Shown here: piece after piece, positions 42,085-52,009 of the stretch
Layout: the number at the start of each line of letters is the position of its first letter
Numbering within the stretch: position 1 is the first letter of the stretch
Source of the DNA: a virus
Length of the DNA stretch: 64,000 bases
Direction: 5' to 3' (one strand)
IMG/VR virus record: IMGVR_UViG_3300044846_005433
Span: 3,143-67,142 of that record
Notes under the pieces: model-generated
What the model was told of the DNA's origin: nothing
Database searches by the model: none
The model's input: the letters and a program-made list of their open reading frames with translations, nothing else
Made by a program: the position numbers and the translations under genes

Positions 42085-43754
42085 GATTACTAGAATTTTC
42101 ATATAAGAACATACTTTCGTATGGCAACTTATTACAGACTTTTAAATTTAAAGATGAAGCACAGCTTATCCTAGTCGAAGGCGAAAACGGCGCAGGAAAA
42201 TCTTCAATAAAAGAAGCATTAACTGTTTCAATATATGGAAGATCTGCAATTCGTAAGATGAAAGATATTCCAAACTGGATTAATAAGAATGCATACACAA
42301 ATGTCAAGTTTGTTACCAATTCTGGAGAATTTATTGAAATTGATCGAGGCATTGAACCTAATTTTAGCGATATTAAAATAAACAATGCCCAATTCAATCT
42401 TCCTGACAAGAGAAAAGTAGACGAGTTTATTGAGGAAGAACTTTCAAAAATTCCATTTTCAGTTTTTTGTAATACTATTAGTCTTTCGTTTGATGATTTT
42501 AAGTCCTTTGTTAATTTAACTCAATCTGATAAAAGAAAAATAGTCGACCGTATTTTTGGAATCGATATTTTAACTGATATGCGAGCAGTTGTTAAAGAAG
42601 ATCTTAAACAAAACAAAAAAGATCTTGATATACTTGATTCTCAAATTGAAAGAAATACTACAACTCTTAATACTTCACTCGAACAACTTGCTAGTCTTCG
42701 AGAAAAACTAAGTAAAAAGAAAGAAACCCAATCTGAAGATATTTCAAGTAAGATTGAGACCAAGAAGAAAACAGTAGAGGAAGTCAAACAGCAGTACGCT
42801 GATTTAAAAAAAGATATTGAGTCTTTCCAAGCCACTCTTAATACTATTCGCGATGAAATGAGTACTTCTCGAGCGACTATTCAAGATTTAGCAAATAAAC
42901 TTGCTCTATATCAAAAGAATAGGTGTCCGCACTGCTTAAACGATCTTACTTCAGAATCTTCTGTAAAAACAAAAGATGCAATTGAAGCTAAGAAAAAAGT
43001 AGTTGAAGACAAATTGCCTGCACTTAAAACATCTTTTACTGAAATTACTAATAAAATCACGGCATTAACTGAGGATCAAAATACTTCTAAATCTGAGTAT
43101 TACGAATTGACTGCCGAGATTAAATTGCTTGAAGCTGAACTGCAAAAAACAGTAGAGGAACTTGGAGTGGATGAAACTGAATCTATCCAAACAATTATTG
43201 ACTCGATCCAAACTGAATTACAAACAGATGGTGATTCTGCGCTTGAGAAAAGGGACCAAGCAAATTTATTTAATATTTTAGATGATTTGCTTTCTGATTC
43301 TGGAATCAAGAAAACTTTAATCGATAAAATAATTCCAACCCTAAATAATAGGATCAAAATTATTTCAGAGAGACTTGAATTTAAGTTTCAATTTGAGTTT
43401 GATAGTGATTTTAATCCAGTTATTTCTTACTTAGGGATGGATATCTCACCAGAGAGTCTATCTAGCGGTCAACGTAAGAAGATGAATATTATTGTGCTCC
43501 TAGCATTTATCGAAATTATTAAGATGAAGCATAGCCAACTGAACGTGCTTTTCCTAGATGAAATATTTAGTTCTCTCGATAAGAATAACGTTTATCGTGC
43601 GATCGAAATTCTTAAGGAGTACGCTGAAAAATATAAAATGACAATCTTTGTTGTGTCTCACGAATCCTTACCTGAAGAATTCTTTAATTCTAAGATTTTT
43701 GTAACTACACAAGACCACTTCTCAGAAATGAAAATAACCCAAATTGGAGCATAA
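42081..43754 (+). CDS. Recombination ATPase subunit (gp46/Rad50/SbcC-like)
   Basis: GENGAGKS, CPHC zinc hook, LSSGQ signature, FLDE and VVSH motifs. Confidence 0.93.
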   Translation: MRLLEFSYKNILSYGNLLQTFKFKDEAQLILVEGENGAGKSSIKEALTVSIYGRSAIRKMKDIPNWINKNAYTNVKFVTNSGEFIEIDRGIEPNFSDIKINNAQFNLPDKRKVDEFIEEELSKIPFSVFCNTISLSFDDFKSFVNLTQSDKRKIVDRIFGIDILTDMRAVVKEDLKQNKKDLDILDSQIERNTTTLNTSLEQLASLREKLSKKKETQSEDISSKIETKKKTVEEVKQQYADLKKDIESFQATLNTIRDEMSTSRATIQDLANKLALYQKNRCPHCLNDLTSESSVKTKDAIEAKKKVVEDKLPALKTSFTEITNKITALTEDQNTSKSEYYELTAEIKLLEAELQKTVEELGVDETESIQTIIDSIQTELQTDGDSALEKRDQANLFNILDDLLSDSGIKKTLIDKIIPTLNNRIKIISERLEFKFQFEFDSDFNPVISYLGMDISPESLSSGQRKKMNIIVLLAFIEIIKMKHSQLNVLFLDEIFSSLDKNNVYRAIEILKEYAEKYKMTIFVVSHESLPEEFFNSKIFVTTQDHFSEMKITQIGA

Positions 43755-44851
43755 TGTACTCACTATTAATTTACGATCCAACTGATCAAATAAAAACCAA
43801 ACCTGCACTTACAATCAAGATTGAGATTGCAAAAGATCGTCGCGATCTACTTAATCTTCTTTGTAAAAAAGAATGGGATACCATTATTACTTTTGGAGAA
43901 AAGGAATGGTCTCTACTTGAAAAACAACCCTATCATATTCGACATAAGTGGATACACTTAGATACCTTTCCAGGTGATCAGGATCTACTTGCTCAGGTAC
44001 AACAAGTATATTATAATTACACTAAACTTGGTAGCTCAGATGTTCCCCTAGTTTCGATTTATACTCCTACCTATAATTCTAGAGAATTTATTCTGCAGAC
44101 TGCCTCTTCTGTACAGATGCAAATTTGGCAAAACTGGGAATGGATTATTGTTGACGATGGTTCTACTGATGATACTGTTGCTCTACTTGAAATGTTACAG
44201 GATCCTCGTATAAAAATATTTAAGTTTCCAAATAGCGGTCGTATTGGATTTAATAAGGGTGCTGCTACTAGTTTAGCCAAAGGCGACTATCTAGTTGAGT
44301 TAGACCACGATGATTTTCTTACAGTCAATGCACTAGATAAAGTAGTTAAGACTTTTACTGAAAATCCAGATGCAGGAATGGTCTATTCAAACTGTGCAGA
44401 GTGGTGGCAAGGCACAGATCAGAGTAATACTTATAATGCCACTTATTGGCGATATCGCGATGTTGAATGGAACGGAATCACCCTAAAGGAGGGTTTATGT
44501 CATGATGTAATGGGCAAGTGTGAACTTGAAAATGGATCAGACTGGGTAATCAATAATATGCCAATTTGTCCAAACCACTTGCGTGCATTTAGAGCAAGTA
44601 CTCTTCGTGAAATCGGAGGCTACCGTAACCTAGTATGGGCAGATGATTATGACGTAATGCTACGTATGTTTATCCACAGTAGAATACATCATATTGATGA
44701 GATGTTATATGTACAAAGATTTGGTACAAATACTTGGACAAAAAATGCCAGTCTCTTGTGGCCATGTTTTGCTAAAATTAAAGAAAATTATCGGGATCAA
44801 CTTACAGCGCGCTTTGCTGAACTTGAAAATATTATCCAATTACCACTCTAG
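43754..44851 (+). CDS. GT2-family glycosyltransferase with N-terminal extension
   Basis: VSIYTPTYN, IIVDDGSTD, ELDHDD (DxD) and ADDYD motifs. Confidence 0.9.
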   Translation: MYSLLIYDPTDQIKTKPALTIKIEIAKDRRDLLNLLCKKEWDTIITFGEKEWSLLEKQPYHIRHKWIHLDTFPGDQDLLAQVQQVYYNYTKLGSSDVPLVSIYTPTYNSREFILQTASSVQMQIWQNWEWIIVDDGSTDDTVALLEMLQDPRIKIFKFPNSGRIGFNKGAATSLAKGDYLVELDHDDFLTVNALDKVVKTFTENPDAGMVYSNCAEWWQGTDQSNTYNATYWRYRDVEWNGITLKEGLCHDVMGKCELENGSDWVINNMPICPNHLRAFRASTLREIGGYRNLVWADDYDVMLRMFIHSRIHHIDEMLYVQRFGTNTWTKNASLLWPCFAKIKENYRDQLTARFAELENIIQLPL

Positions 44852-44871
44852 TTTGTATTTGATAATATTTA

Positions 44872-44894
44872 TTTTTTAGGTAAGCCTAAAAAAA
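44872..44894. terminator. Hairpin between convergent genes
   Basis: TTTTTTAGG-TAAG-CCTAAAAAA. Confidence 0.5.
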
Positions 44895-44911
44895 GTTTAG
44901 GTGTGTCTAAA

Positions 44912-46741
44912 TTATGGTTTTAATTTTAAGAAAACACCCCATGCACTATCACCACTATTTGCTAGTGTTATTGAAACTACCAAATATTTATTTGTTGTAA
45001 AATCTGGTGTTATTGTAGATGGTGCTGTAGTAGATGAAACCCCAACATCTATCAATGAGGTTGAACTTGTTGGCAGTATTCTAGTTCCCGCACCTGTACC
45101 ATCTTTCTTTTTAATATTGATGTATCTTTGGACTGTTGCATTTCTTGTAGTAGCACCTAATGCAGTACTTTGAAAAACTAATATAGGACTGCCAGATAAA
45201 TTAGGAGTAGAATTTATATACATTTTTAATGTTATAGCTCCACCACTTCCTGTTTTTTCTATTTTAAAAGATGAATCTAATGAAAGATTATCCGTGATAA
45301 GCGAACTATTTATTAGTTCAGCATAAGTAACCGATTCAGCTGTAGTTCCTGTTATTACCGTTCCATCTGCCCCTTGATTTATTATAGGTAATAAAAAAGT
45401 TAAACCTAAATTTGCTCTAGCAACTGAAACACTTGTTAAATCACTTAGATTATTAGTAGGGTTTAGAGGGATATATCCTAATGCATTTTGTTTTCCATTA
45501 AATGTACTCCAATCTGTAGAACTTAATACACCTCTATTAGTAGCAGATGCAGTAGGTAAATTTAATGTATGAGTAGTTCCAACAGAACTAACTGCAAAGT
45601 CAGTTCCACTTGTACCTGTAACTATTGTTTGTGATGCACCCGTAAGAGAATTAATAGCAGTTATACCTGTTCCTGCCATAATTCCTGACTGTTGGGTAAC
45701 TGTCATAATAACTGATGCAGCAGAAGGTGGAGGAGAACCTGCTGCATAGAACTGCATAGTTACATTAGTGTGGTTGTTTGTACTCCAAACTAATTCATAA
45801 TATTGTCCTGCTACAACACTTAGTACATAATTCCAACTTGTTATTACATGTCCTTCATTTCCTACACCTGCTGCTCTTCTTTTTGGAATTTGAACAAATC
45901 CTGATGACCCTGTTACATCTGTTCCATTTAGCCTCAACCAAATAGTTACGTTATGTTCTGCATTATCAATATTTTGAAACTGAGAACTAAACTGTATGTT
46001 ATATATACCTGTATTTGCAAATGTTATTCTTGTAGGATCACCACTTCCATTATTAACAATTGATATACCATTTGGAGTAATATCAGCTATTTCAAATCTC
46101 ATAGGGTATCCCACATTACTAGCAGCAGCAGTTTGTGTTGTATCTGTCTGCCAAGCTCCATAATATCCTAATGGTGTAGGAGTACTCTGTGGACCTTGTG
46201 GACCTTGGTCTCCCTGTGGACCTTGAGTACCCTGGTCTCCTTGTGGACCTTGAGTACCTTGGTCTCCCTGTGGACCTTGTGCTCCTTGGTCTCCTTGTGG
46301 ACCTTGAGTACCCTGGTCTCCTTGTGGACCTTGAGTACCTTGGTCTCCCTGTGGACCTTGAGTACCTTGGTCTCCCTGTGGACCTTGCGGGCCTTGATTA
46401 CCAGCTGGTCCTTGTGGACCTTGAGTACCTTGGTCTCCCTGTGGACCTTGAGTACCTTGGTCTCCCTGTGGACCTTGAGTACCCTGTGGACCTTGCGGGC
46501 CCTGGTTACCAGCTGGTCCTTGCGGACCTTGATTACCCTGAGTTCCCTGTGGACCCTGCGGTCCTTGTGGCCCTCCTCCACCTCCTCCACCTTCAAGAAC
46601 AATAATGTTTCCAAAATGATCCATTTTAGACAAATAACCTAAATTATTCGAATCGAACCCAATTAGGAATGTCCCAACTGGTATTTTATCGTAGTCGATG
46701 GTAGAAAAATCAATTAAAGGGTATATTGAGGTAGTTGCCAC
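44912..46741 (-). CDS. Collagen-like fibre protein with C1q/BclA-like domain
   Basis: About 43 Gly-X-Y triplets followed by [19 protein letters not shown] and [12 protein letters not shown]; likely GTG start at 46741, downstream of the late motif at 46764-46771. Confidence 0.8.
   Translation of the reverse strand: MATTSIYPLIDFSTIDYDKIPVGTFLIGFDSNNLGYLSKMDHFGNIIVLEGGGGGGGPQGPQGPQGTQGNQGPQGPAGNQGPQGPQGTQGPQGDQGTQGPQGDQGTQGPQGPAGNQGPQGPQGDQGTQGPQGDQGTQGPQGDQGTQGPQGDQGAQGPQGDQGTQGPQGDQGTQGPQGDQGPQGPQSTPTPLGYYGAWQTDTTQTAAASNVGYPMRFEIADITPNGISIVNNGSGDPTRITFANTGIYNIQFSSQFQNIDNAEHNVTIWLRLNGTDVTGSSGFVQIPKRRAAGVGNEGHVITSWNYVLSVVAGQYYELVWSTNNHTNVTMQFYAAGSPPPSAASVIMTVTQQSGIMAGTGITAINSLTGASQTIVTGTSGTDFAVSSVGTTHTLNLPTASATNRGVLSSTDWSTFNGKQNALGYIPLNPTNNLSDLTSVSVARANLGLTFLLPIINQGADGTVITGTTAESVTYAELINSSLITDNLSLDSSFKIEKTGSGGAITLKMYINSTPNLSGSPILVFQSTALGATTRNATVQRYINIKKKDGTGAGTRILPTSSTSLIDVGVSSTTAPSTITPDFTTNKYLVVSITLANSGDSAWGVFLKLKP
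46187..46573. repeat. 9/27-bp coding tandem repeat (collagen GPQ-GDQ-GTQ)
   Basis: Repeated unit GTGGACCTTGAGTACCTTGGTCTCCCT and variants. Confidence 0.95.
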
Positions 46742-46780
46742 TAAAGTCAGTAAGTGTTTATTATATTTATTCAAAAATAA

Positions 46781-46808
46781 AAACTTTCGACACAGTCTTG
46801 TGTATAAA
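46781..46808 (+). promoter_or_regulatory. Early/middle-type promoter motif (AAAC-N17-GTATAA)
   Basis: Recurring motif upstream of the thymidylate-synthase-family gene. Confidence 0.55.
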
Positions 46809-46823
46809 AATAGAAAGCAAAAT

Positions 46824-47687
46824 ATGAAAGTATACCAAGCTGAAGATTTTTCAACTCTATATCAGTCAAGTTTAGCTGACTTGATGCGAAATCCTGAATA
46901 TGAAACTAAGCCTAGGGATTTAAAGATCAGAGAAAACACGAATGTTGCTCTAGTTTTAGAAAATCCTCTTTCTTGTCTCTATTCTAATGATTCTAGATCG
47001 TCTCAGCGAAAATACATTGCCGCAGAATTGATATGGTATTTTATGGGAAGAAATGATGTTGAATATATTAAAAAATACGCAAAGTTTTGGGAATCAATCC
47101 AAAACGAGGACGGTACTGTTAATTCGTCATATGGCAATTTGCTTTTTACCAATAAAAACCGATTTGGTCATACTCAATATGAATGGGCATATAATTCCCT
47201 AGTTAAAGATAAAGATTCTCGTCAAGCGATTCTTCATTTTAATTTACCAGAGCATCAGTATACTACAAATAAAGATTTTGTATGCACGATGTATGGAATC
47301 TTCCAAATCCGAGATAATAAACTTAACTTCACAGTTTCAATGCGAAGCAACGATGTTATTTGGGGTCTGCCTACTGATATCGCATTTTTTGCAATCTTAC
47401 AGAGTCAATTGCATACTCACTTAAAATCTACATATCCTGCTCTTGAACTTGGTTCATATACGCATATCGCAAATTCATTCCATATCTACGAACATCATTT
47501 TGATGCAGTAGAAAAAATGTTAGCTTGTGATTTTACAAGAGAAGAAATTCCAAGCATAGGCAATAATTTAATTACTACAAGCGGCACACCAACTTCAGAA
47601 CTTAATGTGTTATTCCATAACACTCAAGACGATCATGAATTATTCGCAGATCCTTTATTTAAGTGGATTTGTTCAAATATAAAATAA
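46824..47687 (+). CDS. Thymidylate-synthase-family enzyme, dCMP hydroxymethylase (T4 gp42)-like
   Basis: KDFVCT catalytic Cys; [13 protein letters not shown] has Asp at the position of ThyA Asn177; SFHIYEHHF; likely ATG at 46824. Confidence 0.8.
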   Translation: MKVYQAEDFSTLYQSSLADLMRNPEYETKPRDLKIRENTNVALVLENPLSCLYSNDSRSSQRKYIAAELIWYFMGRNDVEYIKKYAKFWESIQNEDGTVNSSYGNLLFTNKNRFGHTQYEWAYNSLVKDKDSRQAILHFNLPEHQYTTNKDFVCTMYGIFQIRDNKLNFTVSMRSNDVIWGLPTDIAFFAILQSQLHTHLKSTYPALELGSYTHIANSFHIYEHHFDAVEKMLACDFTREEIPSIGNNLITTSGTPTSELNVLFHNTQDDHELFADPLFKWICSNIK

Positions 47688-47688
47688 G

Positions 47689-47883
47689 ATGATAAAATAC
47701 ATTAAACCTTTCACCACTAGATTAATCACAGTTTTATTAACGGCATTAATCTGTTTTTTAGCATTTAAGATTTGTACTCTTGAAGAAGTATTCGATGTGC
47801 AGATTACTTATGTGCAATGGCTAGGAATTTCTACAATTTCTGTGCTCCTATTTACTCAACCAGTTAGCGATAAAAAAGAATGA
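47689..47883 (+). CDS. Small two-TM membrane protein
   Basis: 64 aa with two hydrophobic helices. Confidence 0.6.
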   Translation: MIKYIKPFTTRLITVLLTALICFLAFKICTLEEVFDVQITYVQWLGISTISVLLFTQPVSDKKE

Positions 47884-48299
47884 CTCAAAAAGATTTAAAA
47901 TATCACAAGACTTATTTAAAGATGGCAATGGAGTGGTCAACACTCTCTTGTTGTAGTCGCAAAAAAGTTGGTGCAATTATCGTAAAAGACGGAATGATTA
48001 TCTCAGACGGATTTAACGGTACACCAAAAGGTTTTCCAAACGACTGTGAAGACGCAAATGGCAATACGTATTGGTATGTTTTACATGCTGAAGCTAATGC
48101 TATCTTAAAGGTTGCAAAATCTTCTCAAAGTACAGACGGAGCAACCTTGTACGTAACTTACTCTCCATGTAAAGACTGTTCTAAACTTATAGTTCAGTCT
48201 GGAATCAAGAGAGTCATTTACGGCGAAGAATATCGAGATGTTGCCGGACTAGTTATCTTACGAGAAGCTGGAGTCGATATTTTAAAATTAGACATATAA
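47880..48299 (+). CDS. dCMP deaminase
   Basis: KVGAIIV, GFNGTP, HAEANA and SPCKDC motifs. Confidence 0.93.
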   Translation: MTQKDLKYHKTYLKMAMEWSTLSCCSRKKVGAIIVKDGMIISDGFNGTPKGFPNDCEDANGNTYWYVLHAEANAILKVAKSSQSTDGATLYVTYSPCKDCSKLIVQSGIKRVIYGEEYRDVAGLVILREAGVDILKLDI

Positions 48300-48300
48300 T

Positions 48301-48699
48301 ATGGAAGACCGCCAAGTTTCAATAGTTTTCGTTAAAGAATACAAGAATTTTATTAGTGCTTTTGAAAAAAAGAACAAGGAAGATTATGTATTGAACGTTA
48401 GTAAAATTATCAAAGACAAATTCAATACTAAGTTTATTGTGCCTAATAAAGTACAGTCTTTTCTTCTCAATTATGAGATTAAGAAATTATTAGATAAGGC
48501 AATCAATATTAAAAACAAAAAGTATCGTCGAGTAGTTTATCTAAATTCTAACTTGTCTGCGTCAATTATCCTAAATACAATTGATTTTGTAGAAGAAGAA
48601 TATTCAGAACTTGCCTTTTCTTACTTTTTAATTGAGTCTAAATCTCTAGACGAACCTCAAATTAATATAATTGACAAATTAACTAAAATAAAAATATAA
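48301..48699 (+). CDS. Hypothetical protein
   Basis: 132-aa ORF. Confidence 0.6.
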   Translation: MEDRQVSIVFVKEYKNFISAFEKKNKEDYVLNVSKIIKDKFNTKFIVPNKVQSFLLNYEIKKLLDKAINIKNKKYRRVVYLNSNLSASIILNTIDFVEEEYSELAFSYFLIESKSLDEPQINIIDKLTKIKI

Positions 48700-48815
48700 G
48701 CATAATTAAAATCTTTTCTGCTTGGGTAAAATCCCTAAATGAGTCTTCAAAAAGCACCTACGATTACGGATGTGCAATGGTGCATTACAATATGCCTCAA
48801 AATCAACTAAATTAA
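48696..48815 (+). pseudogene. Remnant 5' end of a gene with capsid-targeting-like N-terminus and Acb1/gp57B-like start
   Basis: Frame reads (I)SIIKIFSAWVKSLNESSKSTYDYGCAMVHYNMPQNQLN*; ATA sits where an ATG would be expected and the frame is truncated. Confidence 0.45.
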
Positions 48816-48822
48816 AAAGTTT

Positions 48823-49224
48823 ATGAAAAAATTAATATTTTTAATAGTAATACAAGCAAATATATATAGCCAACCTAAACTTAAAGAAATATATGATTAT
48901 ATGGTTGAAAAAGAATGTATTTATCCAGAAATACATTTAAAAGTAATTGTCCTTGAAACAGGATGGTTAAAATATGGAGGTAATAACCTGTGTGGTTGGA
49001 ATCCTAATCCTGGATTTAAACATTGGAAAGAATGTATTGACTATTTAAAAAATTGGCAAGATACACATTTTACCAACCATGTTAAAGAAGAGCATAATAA
49101 TAATACAGAATGTGATTATTATCATTTTTTAAGATGGAGAGGTTATAAAACAGGAAAAAAGCATCATCCAAAAGAAACAGGTTATACCGACTATTTAAAG
49201 AGAATTAAAATTAATTTAGAATGA
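48823..49224 (+). CDS. Glucosaminidase/lysozyme-like protein, foreign composition
   Basis: IVLETGW...NNLCG...FKHWKECIDY resembles GH73-like proteins; only one CpG in about 400 bp. Confidence 0.55.
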   Translation: MKKLIFLIVIQANIYSQPKLKEIYDYMVEKECIYPEIHLKVIVLETGWLKYGGNNLCGWNPNPGFKHWKECIDYLKNWQDTHFTNHVKEEHNNNTECDYYHFLRWRGYKTGKKHHPKETGYTDYLKRIKINLE

Positions 49225-49376
49225 AAATAGGATCTATAGTAGAATCGGTAGATGATTCTAATTGGAAAATAGCGCATGATGATAATATCAATCCTGCAAA
49301 AGGTGTAAATTCGGATATATCAAAAAAGGAAAAGGTCAACGTTATGCTGACCTTTTTAAAAATGAGTCTTATTTAG
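49221..49376 (+). pseudogene. Probably truncated small phage gene
   Basis: MKIGSIVESVDDSNW...PAKG N-terminus; the frame then runs through the terminator hairpin. Confidence 0.35.
49330..49357. terminator. Terminator hairpin between convergent units
   Basis: AAAAGGTCA-N9-TGACCTTTTT. Confidence 0.7.
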
Positions 49377-49434
49377 TGACTCCTAAGAAATTAGTTTATT
49401 CAATGCCTAGTGGAGATAAGCGTGAAGTTGAACT

Positions 49435-50307
49435 TTAGTATTCGTCTTCTTCCTCTTCGTCTTCTTCAGTCTCAAAAGATTTTAACAATCTTTCAGCCGC
49501 TTTTACACTAGTCGTATCTGTTGGAGCTTCTTCTTCCTCTTCTTCAAATTCGTCTTCTTCTTTTTCACGAGGTTCGTTAAATCTATAGAAGTCATCTTCT
49601 CCACCGTCAGTATCTTCTTCCCAATCTTCCATGTCCTCAGTTGGTTCGCTTGAGTTTGGTTCAAAGATCTTTTTGTATTTCGTGTCATCCATTACTGGAG
49701 CATCTGGCATAATGTACAACTTTCTTGCTTTAACATCAACAAAAGCAACCAAATCACCATCTGCATCTAGATAATCTACTCGAGATCCGTCTTTGCTTCT
49801 ATAAAAGCTATCAAAATCAATTCGTGCTTGCATTAACTTATCTTCAGCATCGCCGATTGCATCACCATCGCTTTTTCCACGTAATCCCATTTTAGTCGCA
49901 TCATCTGGATTTACTCCCATTGACTCTGCTTGGTCATAATATTCATTAACGAATTGTTTAAATGAAGTATGCGACAGTCCTTCGTTTGCAGCCTTTCCAA
50001 CCATTACTACTGGAATACCCATGTGATCGTAAGAATCAGGATAGTTCATTGGTTTCTTCTTTTCTTGCTTATATACAAGATCATTGCTCATGGCTTTGTA
50101 GGTAGGGTTATACACCTCATGCTTAAACGCTGGGTGGCGATCTACCACTCTTTGAAATCCATCTAATTTTGGATTATCATTTACCTTTTTACCGCTTTTA
50201 TCACGGTACATTTTTGCAGAGCTAGGTCCACCGAATCCCGGTTTTTTAAGATCCATGTAGTTATCAAAACTCATAATATCTCGACGATGTACATTAAACA
50301 TTTCCAT
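49435..50307 (-). CDS. Hypothetical late protein with very acidic C-terminus
   Basis: Likely ATG at 50307 (MEMFNVHRRDIMSFDNY); internal SFKQFVNE motif; E/D-rich tail. Confidence 0.7.
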   Translation of the reverse strand: MEMFNVHRRDIMSFDNYMDLKKPGFGGPSSAKMYRDKSGKKVNDNPKLDGFQRVVDRHPAFKHEVYNPTYKAMSNDLVYKQEKKKPMNYPDSYDHMGIPVVMVGKAANEGLSHTSFKQFVNEYYDQAESMGVNPDDATKMGLRGKSDGDAIGDAEDKLMQARIDFDSFYRSKDGSRVDYLDADGDLVAFVDVKARKLYIMPDAPVMDDTKYKKIFEPNSSEPTEDMEDWEEDTDGGEDDFYRFNEPREKEEDEFEEEEEEAPTDTTSVKAAERLLKSFETEEDEEEEDEY

Positions 50308-50326
50308 TTCTATAATAGTATTTTTA

Positions 50327-50896
50327 TTAAACGCGGATTTCTCCAATACGAGTTTCTTTCCAAGCATCTGCTCTAAATGTAGCAGTAACTTCATATAGAC
50401 CATTTGCAGTATAGTTTAAGTCCATTGGAGTTAACCCGCCGTTTGGAATACATGGAGTAAATCTAAACTCTCTGAAAATATCACCAGCTTTATTGAATAC
50501 TGCTACGTAAATTTGACCATAGTAGTCTTTCTTTAACCCTTGTCTGCCAGTCAATGGATCGTATGCAAGATCAAACCATCCTCTTAAGATGTTATAGATA
50601 TACATATTATTTTCTTCATTTAAGTTGACAGAAAACTTAATACCTAAATCTGCAATTGTCTCTTTTGGAATTGCTCCAGAGTAAGAACGTTTTGCAAACT
50701 TATAAGTTTGAGTAACAGTCTCAGGTGCAGTTAACTCTGGCAAACCTTTGATCTCCATAACGTGCTCAACTAGTAAGTCAACATTATCTGTAATGCTTGC
50801 AGGAGGTGTAATAACTACTTCGAACTGGTTTAAGAAAACAGGTTCGTAATAATTTGTTGCTGCTCTTGAATTATCCCAATGTGGTAAACCGGCCAT
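50327..50896 (-). CDS. Tail tube protein (gp19-like)
   Basis: EPVFLNQFEV, W.DL.YDPLTG.QGLKKDY and late motif at 50917-50925. Confidence 0.8.
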   Translation of the reverse strand: MAGLPHWDNSRAATNYYEPVFLNQFEVVITPPASITDNVDLLVEHVMEIKGLPELTAPETVTQTYKFAKRSYSGAIPKETIADLGIKFSVNLNEENNMYIYNILRGWFDLAYDPLTGRQGLKKDYYGQIYVAVFNKAGDIFREFRFTPCIPNGGLTPMDLNYTANGLYEVTATFRADAWKETRIGEIRV

Positions 50897-50928
50897 TTTA
50901 TTGTGATTATTTTATTTTATTTATTTGA

Positions 50929-51741
50929 TTAAGCAGTAGGTTTGACCTCTGCATCTTTTGTTGTATCTTCAATTGTAAAAAGATTATCATAATCTACTGC
51001 TGCTCCTGCTGAAACCATGGTAGATCTATGAGAATACGTATCGATTGCAACCGATTCTCCAGTGAATTCCAAAATCAGAGACGGCACAATTGTTCTAAAA
51101 ACGATATCTTCAATATTTTCAACATCGTCTCTTTCCTTTATACGAGAAATCGGCTCGTCTCCAGAATTGTCTAAACTAATTGAAGTAGTTCCGTCTACTG
51201 TCACTTTAAATTTATCCCATGTTCCAGTAGGTTGACCGTCTAAGGTATCGACCATTCCAGTAGAAAGTTTTAAGGTGATTTGAGGACGACCTGAATTTAA
51301 ACCACTAGTTGAAACTTCTCTTAGCACAATATGGTCAGTCGTTAGGGAAGCTTCGAAATAAGTATTTTTAAAATGCTTTTCGTTTAATTCCTTTATTTTA
51401 ACTGCTGATATTCCAGTTCCAGAGCTAACAAGATTTAAGAGCTCAACTCCATATTCTGGTTTAAGTCTTTTCTTAAGTGCTTCACTGGCCAATTCGAATT
51501 TTCTCTTTAAGATATTAACTTCACTTAAGATAACATACGAAGAGGTAGCATAACCTTCCTTAAACTTCATGTCTGGGAAAACATCGACTTGGTGAAGAAC
51601 ACAATTAATTTTTTTAGGATCAATCTTAGTTTCACCATTATCAATTTCCCATTTTACATCGTGACTAACAATAGCTTGAAAGACGAAACCTCCGTCCTTT
51701 GCACTAGCTTCGTCACCATATTTTTCAAAAAGTTTAGTCAT
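50929..51741 (-). CDS. Hypothetical late protein
   Basis: 270-aa ORF in the late operon. Confidence 0.65.
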   Translation of the reverse strand: MTKLFEKYGDEASAKDGGFVFQAIVSHDVKWEIDNGETKIDPKKINCVLHQVDVFPDMKFKEGYATSSYVILSEVNILKRKFELASEALKKRLKPEYGVELLNLVSSGTGISAVKIKELNEKHFKNTYFEASLTTDHIVLREVSTSGLNSGRPQITLKLSTGMVDTLDGQPTGTWDKFKVTVDGTTSISLDNSGDEPISRIKERDDVENIEDIVFRTIVPSLILEFTGESVAIDTYSHRSTMVSAGAAVDYDNLFTIEDTTKDAEVKPTA

Positions 51742-51998
51742 TACGCTTGTTTACGGTCTCTTGTTCTTTTGTAATTCTTCCAAATCTCGTTGTAGATATT
51801 ACATGAAGCCCCTAAAAAGTTAATAATTCCGACATACTTTTTCTTGTCCTCACCGTCCATGTTTGCAATTTTAACTCCAAGTTTCTTTGCATCATTTACA
51901 GTAAGTTCTTCGTCGTCTTCTTTACCGACTAATTTTTTAAGGTCTCCCTTCTTTTCGTACAGAGCGAACTTATTAAAGCTCTCAATTGCTTTATTCAT
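51741..51998 (-). CDS. Small late protein with capsid-targeting-like N-terminus
   Basis: Begins MNKAIESFNKFALYE. Confidence 0.6.
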   Translation of the reverse strand: MNKAIESFNKFALYEKKGDLKKLVGKEDDEELTVNDAKKLGVKIANMDGEDKKKYVGIINFLGASCNIYNEIWKNYKRTRDRKQA

Positions 51999-52009
51999 GT
52001 ATAAGTGAA

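Noticed and set aside
46187-46573. 27-bp repeats as a possible CRISPR array
   Set aside because: The repeats are contiguous with no unique spacers and encode in-frame Gly-X-Y collagen
46168-46642. Repetitive alternative-frame ORFs ([27 protein letters not shown])
   Set aside because: Shadow frames of the collagen repeat
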